Of a stretch of DNA of 60,000 nucleotides, positions 25,382-35,054 are shown piece after piece (positions within the stretch are counted from its first letter, which is position 1; each line of letters starts with the position of its first letter). The DNA comes from Squalus acanthias (taxonomy: Eukaryota). The notes beneath the pieces are model-generated. The model worked only from the letters and a program-made list of their open reading frames with translations. It did not search any database and was not told the origin of the DNA. The translations under genes and the position numbers were made by a program. The stretch lies in NCBI GenBank assembly GCA_030390025.1, contig CM059432.1:119600001-119660000 (forward strand), in the 5' to 3' direction.

Positions 25382-26656
25382 GCGTAAGTTAGAATAGTTA
25401 ATTCAATGCCAAATCATGTACAGAATACAAAAGAAAGAGAAGGAAAGAAAGATTGGATTGGAAAGAAACAAAAAGAAAAAGTTTAAAAAAATACATTTTT
25501 TAATTTTTTTAAATCTCCAACAATAATTAAAATTTGAAGGAATGAGTCTCCATACTTGTTAAAGTTAGTTTTCAGTGCCAGAGAGGTTGTTTGACAGAAA
25601 TTCAGAGTTATCACGCCATTAAAAAAGTGTTTACATTGGAATGGACATGGCCTAACTTTATCTGGCATGTTTAGTGGGTATCTATCAAGTAAGTACTGCA
25701 ATTTCATGCCATTCCATGTGTTTCAATGGTAGCTGATAGCCTCGCCATTATTTTTACTGCAAAATCCAGGCCTTAAAGTCTTTAAAGAACTTCATACAGC
25801 TCTAATCAATCACTTAAACACCCTGAATATTAGTTACTGTATTAATATGCTACAAGGACAAATGGAAAAATGTTTAATTGGGTGAGAGTGCCTAATGGAG
25901 TTCCACAGGGGCCTGTTCTGGTTTGCCTACTATTCATAAGGAATTTGGAGAAGAGTATTGCTGCATATCATTTTATAAAACTTGCTGATACCAGTAAACC
26001 AAGTGACAAATATAAAAGAGATTGCTAGTGTTTAGGATCTGGTGAATTAAATGGATGGACTAAGGCATGACAGATGGCTTTTTATGTAGATAAATTAAGG
26101 TAATGCATATTGGAACAAGAAACGTAAAACATAAACCTGATGAAGGGATATCCGTTGGCAAAGGTGGAAAAGGGGAAGAATTCAATTGCGATCATCAAAC
26201 ATTCACTGAAAATATCCAGTCAGTGTGAACCGTTTTCGCAAGGTTAATAATCGAATAGGGCGCATCTTCAGGGCATTTTGTTATAAGTCAAAACCAGTAA
26301 CATTTGATCTTAACAGATCTCCAGGGATATTTGCAATATTAATGTGTGGACATTTGCTTACAGCTAAGTATTACATTTTATTCTCTACTAGATGTTACAA
26401 AGTAATATCCCTTAGTTACCTTATCAATATCCTATTACTTTTTAACATCTTGTAATTTATTCACTTTTGTCAATGCTCTCTGATGGCAAATTTATAATTT
26501 ATTGCATAGATCCAACAGGTATAATTTTTGGATATGTGAAATTATAATGTTTTTCAAACCCTTCAAGTCTCACTTTTTCCAATAATAGTCACTGCTTTTT
26601 TAGGAGAGGAGTTTGTATTCTAATTTTGTATTTCAATGTAAAAACTAACCATTTTA

Positions 26657-27265
26657 ATAGGCTTATCTCAAGGAGGCTGGATTACAAAGGGCTGGAAGTT
26701 ATGCTTTAGTTGTAGAGAATCTTAATGAGACCCTATCTTCAGCACTGCATTCAATTTTGGGCATTGCACCTCAGGAAGGATACATTGGCCTTGAACGTGG
26801 TGGAGTGCAGATTCACCAGAATGATACCAGGACTTAAGGGTTAAATTATGAGAATAGGTTGCGTAAACTTGGCTTATATTCTTTTGAGTTTAGAAGATTG
26901 AGGGATGATCTGATCGAAGTGTTTAAAATGTTAAAAGATTCGATAGGGTAGATCCAGAGAAACTATTTCCTCTGGTGGGCAATCAAGAACGAGGGGACAT
27001 AATTTTAAAATTAGAGCCGGGCCATTTAGCAGGGAAATCAGGAAGCACATTTTCACACAAAGGTAGTAGAAATCTGGAATTCACTCCCAAAAAAGTCTGT
27101 GGATGCTGGGATAATTGGAGTGTTCAAGACTGAGATCGATAGGTTTCTGTTAGCTAAGGGTATCACAGGATATGGAGAAAAGGTGGGTAAATGGAGTTGC
27201 GATCAGCATGATCTAATTGAATGGTGGAGGAGTCTTGAGAGGTTAAATAGCTTCCTCCTGTTCCT
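26657..27265 (+). mobile_element. Old CR1 3' fragment
   Basis: Decayed match to 7590-8190. Confidence 0.75.
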
Positions 27266-27489
27266 CTGCTTGCAAGCTTATATCACTGCTTCCCCCCAAG
27301 GCTTATTAGCTCCTACTTTCCTCCCTGCCCGCAACCTGGGTGCAGGTAGGGTAGAGTGCACCCAAAGTGCGCAGCGCACACCTGAAATGTGGAAGAGGCC
27401 TACATCCAGAATGGTGAGGAAAATACAGCCACTGCTGCAGGCCTCAGTAATGGCTGCCATCTGTGGACCATTTTGGTCACTGCCCAAAC

Positions 27490-28105
27490 ACAACAACCAG
27501 AATGCCTCCAACCCAAAGATATCTCCGAACAGAGCTTCAAACCCCAGATCCTTTCCACCACAAAGAAAACTACTTTCATCTCCATAATATCATCCGCCTG
27601 CACCCCTACCTCACCCCTCCTAAGCTGAAACACTTATCCATGCTGCTCATATCCTATTCTACACCAAGTCCTGCTTGTCTATTACCCTAATACTCATTAA
27701 CCATCATTGGCTCTCGATCCAGAGTCTCAAATTTAAAATTCTCATCCTTGTATTTAAGTCCCTCCATGTCTACATAACCTCCTCCATATCTACACGTTTC
27801 CCCCAAACACTCCATTCCTCTGTCTCCAGCCTCTTGGGCATTCCTGCCCCAACTTTCTAAGAACCGCCATTGGTGGCTGCCTGGGTTCCACTTTATGGCA
27901 TTCTCTCTTTTAAATCCTCTGCCTCTCCACCTCTCCTTTAAGACCCTCTTTAAAACCCATCTCTTTGACCAAGCTTTTAGTCACTTCTCCTAATATCTCC
28001 TTTTTTGGCTCGGTAACTCTTATTTGCTTTACACTTCTGTGAAATGTCTTTGTATTTTTTTTTCTTGCTAAAGGTGTTATATAAATGGTAAACTGTTGTT
28101 GTGTG
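27490..28105 (+). mobile_element. Old L2 3' fragment
   Basis: YFHLHNIIRL, FKILILVFKSLH, ..tatataaatg..tgttgttg tail. Confidence 0.7.
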
Positions 28106-28202
28106 ATAATGGTGCAGTTTAATCTGTCCATTAAAGTGGTTGACAAAGGAATTCCACAGGACTGCATTAAGTGTTTATGTGCTAACGTCACATATGCTGA
28201 CT

Positions 28203-28580
28203 TGTAAGGGGGACGTGCCTCAGACGGTGCTGGTGCGAGGTTAGGCCTTCGTTGCCTAATACTATTGCTTGCTCTGGTCTCCGGCCAGCCTTTTTGCAAT
28301 AAGCACCTGTGAGTGGTTCGACCCACTCGCCCTTACGGTTCTAACACTGGACTTAGGTGCAGGGAGCAGTAATGCAGAGAAAAACTCAAATAGACCCGGT
28401 TGAATAGTACAAAATGGAAATCTTTATTGCATGGCGTCTAAAATCATGAAATACATGTCATAGGCGCAAATCAACGATAGTACAAGTATACATACATTCA
28501 TAAAGCTTGGTCTGTGGAAATGGAGAACACACGGCACATCGTAGAAAGGGGAACACATTATATCTTAACCTTATTAAAAC
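28203..28580 (-). repeat. Short 3' LTR (distal R with AATAAA plus U5 only)
   Basis: Matches 31500-31834 with 3 substitutions seen by eye; tttatt at 28423-28428; homology fades at ~28570-28605. Confidence 0.9.
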
Positions 28581-28646
28581 ACTATAAACTTAAACTTATC
28601 CTCCTAAAATAACTGTACAGCGCCGCCCGTTCCCAGGGCGGCCTAC

Positions 28647-29666
28647 CTAAATTCTGCGAAGGCTGCCACGAGCTTTTCCCAGTGGCGGGGAGGCACTGAC
28701 CCCTGCCTTTGATCTGCCGCAGCCTGTCGCTGCTGAGCTGGGACTGGGATCTCCCTGGGCTGCCTTGAACTTACGCCTGGGGGTGTACGCGGGATTTGAC
28801 CACAACTTCCTGGGCTGGGGTGTCCGACTTGACCTACGGAGGGCTACCTTGGGCAAGATCTCCAGGGCCGACGGACCGGGAACCGAGACTTCCACCACAG
28901 CCGCTGGCTCTGTCTCCCCTGGCTCCGCCCCCCTGAGCTCGGGATCTGCGGTTTCCGACTCCACCTTACTTGCTTCCCCAGTAAGTGGAACTCCACTCGC
29001 AATCCCTATCTCCCCTATGCTTGGGTCGAGGGCAGAACCTCCGTCCTCCGACCCCACCACCTCTCCGACCAGGTCACTACCTTGGTCGAGCTCTCCGAGC
29101 TCTTCCTCATCTGAATCCCAAGACCAAGAAAAGATCCTACACTTTTCCAAAATGTCTTCTCCCCTCACGCAGGCTGCTTTACCGGCCTGTGTGCCCTGCG
29201 GTTCTACCCGGGGCTGAGAGTCCCCACTCGCAGGTTTGGCCCCTCCCCCATGACAGGCCACCACCCCTGCTTGTGCATTCTGTGTAATCTCGCCTGCTGG
29301 AGGCTGAAGATTTCTATTCTGTTTTAGTTTGGGCAACTCCGCTACCATGGCTTGCAACTGCGGGGTGGTGAATTTCCCCGGGGTTGTTGAGCAAACCATC
29401 CCTCTGGCTTTGGATAGGGCTTGGGTCAGACCTTTTATCCTTTCCTCACAGGGCCCATGGTTTAAATCCTCATACTCCCTGCTCCTGGCTACCCTGTAGG
29501 CTGCCTTTATGTCTCTAAGCTGCCCTTCCAGCCTGTCTACTTTCCCCATTAAGCGGGCGTTCTCCTCCCGCAAGGCCTGCTCTTTTAACCTGGCCTCCTT
29601 ACAGGAGGCCCCCTCCTGTGCGCGTCTTTCAAGGGGACACAGGTAGGCAGGCTGCACCGGTTCCAG
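28647..29666 (-). CDS. Open ORF in the pol position, in frame after gag TGA: Gag-paralogous coiled-coil, acidic linker, basic LRRSSR tail
   Basis: ..gac ttc TGA ctg gaa ccg gtg cag..; 339 sense codons; no DTG/DSG, YxDD or integrase motifs. Confidence 0.7.
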   Translation of the reverse strand: MEPVQPAYLCPLERRAQEGASCKEARLKEQALREENARLMGKVDRLEGQLRDIKAAYRVARSREYEDLNHGPCEERIKGLTQALSKARGMVCSTTPGKFTTPQLQAMVAELPKLKQNRNLQPPAGEITQNAQAGVVACHGGGAKPASGDSQPRVEPQGTQAGKAACVRGEDILEKCRIFSWSWDSDEEELGELDQGSDLVGEVVGSEDGGSALDPSIGEIGIASGVPLTGEASKVESETADPELRGAEPGETEPAAVVEVSVPGPSALEILPKVALRRSSRTPQPRKLWSNPAYTPRRKFKAAQGDPSPSSAATGCGRSKAGVSASPPLGKARGSLRRI

Positions 29667-31458
29667 TCAGAAGTCTGGGTTGTATGGGGCTGTTGCTACT
29701 TCCCCGTGTGAGGTCATGAGAGACCGCATGGCTCCTAACATCGACTCGATCGCGTCGGGATGGATAGGCACACCAGCTCCTTTCTCAGAGACAGGCGCTT
29801 GGGTTCGGACTGCGGGAGCTCTGTCCCTGGAGTCCTTCCAGGAATTCCTACAGTTTTTACGCCAGTGACCTGTCTTCCCGCACCCGTAACAAACACCACT
29901 GGTTTGTGGGGCGCGATTTCCCTCTTGATGCCACTCTTTCTGAGCCGGAGCTGCAGGCTTTGCCTCATGCACCTTTCCCTTAAGGGGACGCGCTCCCATG
30001 CTCCTAGTGTTCCGATACCCTATGGTGAGTCGATTTAGGACAGACTCCTCCGTTGTGGCGGGGTTAGTGGGATCAAACCACGCTCTGGCCTGCTCCCTGA
30101 CGGCTGGCATACTGTTGGCTACTAGACACCTGAGCCAATGAGCTTTCCCGGCGCCGTCCAGATGGGTGCGCGCTGGCGCACCTGGGCAGCTACGCTGGTA
30201 TACTGGCCACAGTCTGTCGGCGAAAACCTTCGGGGGTTCTCCCTCCATCTGTACGGTCTGACTCAATCTGACGAACGGACCTTCGTCATCCGCCCCTAAC
30301 ACTTCTAGGACCTCGTCCCGTAACTCCCCATAGGTTTTATTTCCCTTCTTGCTCTCGTCGGAGAGACACTGAACGATCGAGCTATCTAAAGAGAACAGCA
30401 ACATTTTGGTCTTTTCCTCGTCGTCGCAGCCATTAATCGCTGCGGTCTGTTCTACTTCTCTAAAATGTACGGAAGGGTCATCTGACTCGGACAGCTTCTG
30501 TACATGGCTAATCATTGCTCTCAGCTGGTGTGAGCTGTGGGGCAATACAAGTTGGTTCAGGATATCCCCGTCTGCCCCATTGTCCCCTGTTCGGGCCTCT
30601 CTTGTGACCTCGGAGCGGACACATCGGTCCCGGTCTCGACGCTACCTCCGGGGATTGTCCTACCTCGGGAACCTTCTTCTCTATTTCCACCACCTCCCAG
30701 GTTTCCTTATAGCTGGGTGGCGCGGAGGGCATAGTGGTTGATACCACTTCTGCTTTTTCCCGTAGGGATTTGGGGAATTCCCTACCTACCTGTGGCTGGC
30801 TCGCTGACGGGCTGATGAGACACACCAAGCCGTTTGCCTTATTCAGGGCCTCTCTTAGGTTCTCTATCTCCCTCTGGCAAACACTGTGGTCGGCTCCCTC
30901 ATGCCTATCCTCGAGGGCCATCTTGTATGCCGCCCTAACTCCCCTCAAGCTTTCTTCCTGGGCCTTTATCTGGTTAGCTAGGCGGATACACCGTTCTCTA
31001 ATCCTTCCCTCGTTTAATTTTGCTTCCGTGACCTGACATTCTAGGTAATCAATTTTAGCCTCGTGGTGGTTGGCTACTATTTGGCGTTCCGGATGTAACG
31101 CATTCAATGATGCAATGAGTTTCTGTCCTCCCGTGACCTTTTCCTCCATCTCAGTTTCCAATCCCCTGATCTGAGCTACCTGTGCTGCAATGACCTGGTC
31201 CGAAAGTTGGACTTGCTTCTTGTAGCACATCAGCCAGACCGCTTTCTCTACCGACTTCTTATGATCTTTACTGCCTGTCCATCTGATGGCGACGTCTAGC
31301 GGACGCTTATCCATCAGTAGGTCACATATCCACCTTTTGGTTAAGTTAACCTTCCCAAACACATAGTCGGCTACCTTCTCATCCATCACATTTCGCCTAT
31401 TCAAACCAGGGTCTAAAACATTACTCTCCTGCTGCCAATGTCCTGCCACGGTCGCCAT
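29667..31458 (-). CDS. gag: Gag polyprotein (~597 codons) with one frameshift near 30610 (ORFs 30508-31458 and 29667-30545)
   Basis: N-terminal coiled-coil, PSAPPSY (30709-30729), capsid-like helical region with QMEGEPPKVFADRL (MHR-like), zinc knuckle CYGCGKTGHWRKNC (29850-29891). Confidence 0.85.
31440..31457 (-). promoter_or_regulatory. Primer-binding site, tRNA-Arg(UCG)-like
   Basis: TGGCGACCGTGGCAGGAC 5 nt after the LTR end; complementary to vertebrate tRNA-Arg(UCG)-type 3' end (recalled, not searched). Confidence 0.8.
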
Positions 31459-31462
31459 TATC

Positions 31463-34015
31463 TGTAAGGGGTTTGTGCGTGTCGTGCTTGTATCGCAGCC
31501 GGTGCTGGTGCGAGGTTAGGCCTTCGTTGCCTAATACTATTGCTTGCTCTGGTCTCCGGCCAGCCTTATTGCAATAAGCACCTGTGAGTGGTTCGACCCA
31601 CTCGCCCTTACGGTTCTAACACTGGACTTAGGTGCAGGGAGCAGTAATGCAGAGAAAAACTCAAATAGACCCGGTTGAATAGTACGAAATGGAAATCTTT
31701 ATTGCATGGCGTCTAAAATCATGAAATACATGTCATAGGCGCAAATCAACAATAGTACAAGTATACATACATTCATAAAGCTTGGTCTGTGGAAATGGAG
31801 AACACACGGCACATCGTAGAAAGGGGAACACATTGGGGTAGAAATTAGGTCGCGCCCCATTTGGGGCGCAAATATCGTCCGGACGCAAATATTAGCGCCT
31901 GGCGCTAATTATCGGCACTGACAGGAAACTTCACTTTTACCGCCCCGGGAGGTGAGTGGAGCGCTAAAGCAGGCGCTGCACACCTCTCTTAAGGCGCAAA
32001 GGCCGAGCAGTGAGGCGCTAACTCGGAGCGCTGGCGAAGTTCATGTAATGTCAGTCAGCAATGGAACACACACACAATGGCACGGGCCAGTTCTTAAAGG
32101 GGATGGTTAATCTTGCTTTCCATCCACATCCTGTTCATTGCTGCCTTGAATCTCGGCCTGGAGAGACTTGCACATCAAATGTGCTGGAAAGAACAATGGA
32201 GAGCACCAGGCAAAGAGCTCAGAGTGCAGCTCCCACGGTCTCTGCTAAATCGATACAAGGAATGGCAAATCAAAATGAACCTGCAAAGTGCTGCTCAGTA
32301 CCCAAAACTCCTTCACACAACGTTGAATCTCTCCAGAAGTCTCTCCCTCTCTCTCTCAGAATGCGTAGTTCAAAAATGCCACCAACAATAAAAGACAGGA
32401 AGAGGCCCCCTTTAAATAGCGCCCCCCCCAGCCCCACAGCGATTGATAGCGTTCCAGTCTTCTGGTCGTTGGAAGCGCCAGGCGGTAAGGCAGGGGGCGC
32501 CACTCAATTTCCGCTACGGGGCGCCCCAAGGGCGTTGCACCATGGAATGACGTCACAATCTGCGCGCGCAGGTGGTCGCAGCGGTAAGTTTTAGCGCCGC
32601 CGCACAATCTCAAGTTAAGTTCTCGAGCGGCGCAAACATCGCTGCGCCCGGGCGTTAGCGGCTTTGCGCCCCATTAGCGCCCTCTTAAGGCGCTAACGGG
32701 TGGCGCAACCAAGTGAATTTTTACCCCATTATATCTTAACCTTAAAACCACCCTCCCTTAACAATACCTACACTACGTCTAGATTTGTAGGATCGTAAAA
32801 CATGCTCACCACTCGGGTTACTTCGGAGATTTTTAAAGTGAGGCACTCGGCTCGTTTCGCTGCAGCGCCTGACTGTCACATGTTTGGAAGGGTTTCTGCA
32901 CCCCACTTGTTTATTTTCGCTGCTGCGACAAGCAGGCCAGACTCCCTGTTGTCATGAAGAACTCGACGGACCTCGGACACAGTTCAAAGAAGAGACTTCC
33001 TGTGCTCGATACAGGTTGTCGGGAGAACTCAAAGAAAAGTTCTTTATTTATATTTTCGGGCGCGGTCGGGGTTTACTGACCGTGGCGGCATGTGGATTCT
33101 TCTCCTCTTCTTCTCGTCTCATCTCGTCTCTTCGGGCCTCCGGGTCCAGACACCGTTTACCGACACTCGGATGGTGTACCCTGTTACTTGCCCTTGTCGG
33201 GGCGGCTCGTTCCGATTGAGCTCCACCCAACACTCGCATAACCGACCAGTATGGCTAAGAGTCAAGAGTCAACAAAGTCCAGAGAAACACTAAGTCCAGC
33301 CCTAAGGAAGAGCTTCAGCAAGGGTCCGCCGAGAGATAAGAGAATAAGAGTTCAGCCCGAGTCAACCCAGCGATGGACATTTGTTCTCTATAGTTATAGT
33401 GATGTGTCCCCTTATCTCCCGCTCAAATCTTAATGTTTCTCCTTTGTGTAATATTGGCGCACAAAACTCCCAGCATGGGGCGGTTGTCTTCTTTAACGGG
33501 TTTCGGTAGCACCTGAAACTGGCCAACTATCCGTTAATGTTTTCCCCATTGTTGACCCAGCCAGGATGTGTATGAATCGTCTCCCTGACTGGTTTTGGGG
33601 GCCCCCGAATACTGACTTAATCACCCATCAATGTCTCTCTCATTGTAGAGCCGGGGGGGGTATTTGTGTATTGATGTGTCTGGATGGGCCTTCGATTGCC
33701 CAGTACAATGATCCTTTCTGTGCATAGGAAAACAATTCCAGCACTTATATCTTTGCTATTGTTCCAAATGCAAACGGGTTGCATCCTGTCTTTATCAGTG
33801 TTTACCGAGTATGATCCAATCTTATACTGAATGTATATTCGACGCCATTTTGTCTGCCCACTGTGTTTCTGGAAGCTTCTGCCACGATGCTCGGCGGCCA
33901 TTTTACAGGCTTCTGTGTCCTTTATTATCAGGACAGCATTTCGTTTAATAAAACTGATCAAACGAATCTGCTTCTCTTATGTTATTTTGAATCACGATAA
34001 TTGCGAAACTTTACA
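31463..34015 (-). repeat. 5' LTR (~1.66 kb after removing MITE)
   Basis: Colinear with solo LTRs; candidate TATA (TATAAC, 33393-33398 on -) and AATAAA (31698-31703 on -). Confidence 0.9.
31835..32727. mobile_element. Harbinger MITE (893 bp), deletion derivative of the 1968-6116 family, inserted in the LTR
   Basis: Same TIRs; first ~190 bp and last ~380 bp near-identical to the autonomous copy; TSD ATT. Confidence 0.95.
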
Positions 34016-34575
34016 GACTTCAGCCCAGTTATATTACGCTGCCAATTAATAATCACTTAGTTACAGCATGTTTTTGTTGATATACTTCTTTAAAAATACA
34101 CTGTGGGTCTGATTCCCACTCCCAATGCACAGAGTGCTTCGCAGGAAATTGCAGGAAAATAGTTCATGGTGTTCTGCGCATTAAAATTACTCAATAGAAA
34201 ATAAATAATACAATATGCTCCATGCAAATCCCCCTCCCAGCTGGGAGTATGGAGCACAGAACTGGCATATCTGTGCTGGATAAACAAGTTACATTTTAAA
34301 CCAAACGGGAAAAGTGTTAGCTGATCCTGCAGCATCTTCCCATGTGTACAGCGTGATCCAAATTTGATCAGTAGAGGGCAAGAACATTCAATTTTCAGAT
34401 GCTAGTATCACAATTCTCAAAGATATGAACATCTATTGCAATCACTGAACAACTCACGGGATGTACAAAGCCTTAAACTGTTGTAACGTGACAGTTTGTC
34501 CCACCACTTAATGGCTTGTCTTTCCTAAAGATGTTGCGGACATTTCCTGCTGTTTTGTATGAGCACGTTCCTTCT

Positions 34576-34890
34576 TCATCCCTCAGTTCCAGGAGTGCTG
34601 GGGCGCGTTGGGGAGAGGGGCACTGTAAATCCCAAAATAGCAATCTTAACAATAAATGCTGCAATGTATCTCTTCTGCTTGTAGATGATCCTTCAATAAA
34701 ATGTAACACATTCATACAACCAATTCACCTAAAGGAGGAACCTGGTAGGTTTCTTATATCAAGAAATTCTGCAGCACTGCGTATATGTGAACTGAGTGTG
34801 TACACATGTTTCATACATGCCAATTGTTTCAAAGCCCATCTTTGCTGTTCTCGTCATTAGTAACAAGACCACCAATTTTCTCCGTTTTCA
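34576..34890 (-). other. Candidate host-gene terminal exons (34829-34890 and 34576-34622)
   Basis: Non-repetitive island; two ..cag acceptors both opening phase-1 short frames (KTEKIGGLVTNDENSKDGL* and PLSPTRPSTPGTEG*). Confidence 0.25.
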
Positions 34891-35054
34891 CTGAATTATA
34901 AGAAAATTCCAAAATTGCTATGTGCCGTCAAATATTAATAAAATTATCCCTAGCCATATTGTGTCAAAATTTCAGACATGGCAACTTGATATGTAGCATG
35001 GTCTATGATGTCACGTGATTTGCTTTGTATTGTAGGCTCTTGTCAGTGTATCAT

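Larger units (their letters stand above)
28203..34015 (-). mobile_element. Non-autonomous LTR retroelement: long 5' LTR, PBS, gag, in-frame novel ORF, short 3' LTR; no pol enzymes
   Basis: TGTAAG..TTTACA ends, TSD GACT (28199-28202, 34016-34019); direct repeats 28203-~28580 and 31463-; CCHC Gag. Confidence 0.92.

Noticed and set aside
30508..30650. Two separate genes or a programmed +1 shift inside gag
   Set aside because: No recognisable slippery heptamer; joining near PMCPL gives a normal Gag, so a single indel is simpler (check other copies)
28203..34015. DIRS/Ngaro split-direct-repeat element
   Set aside because: 4-bp TSD, TG..CA ends, tRNA PBS and solo LTRs indicate integrase-type insertion; no tyrosine recombinase
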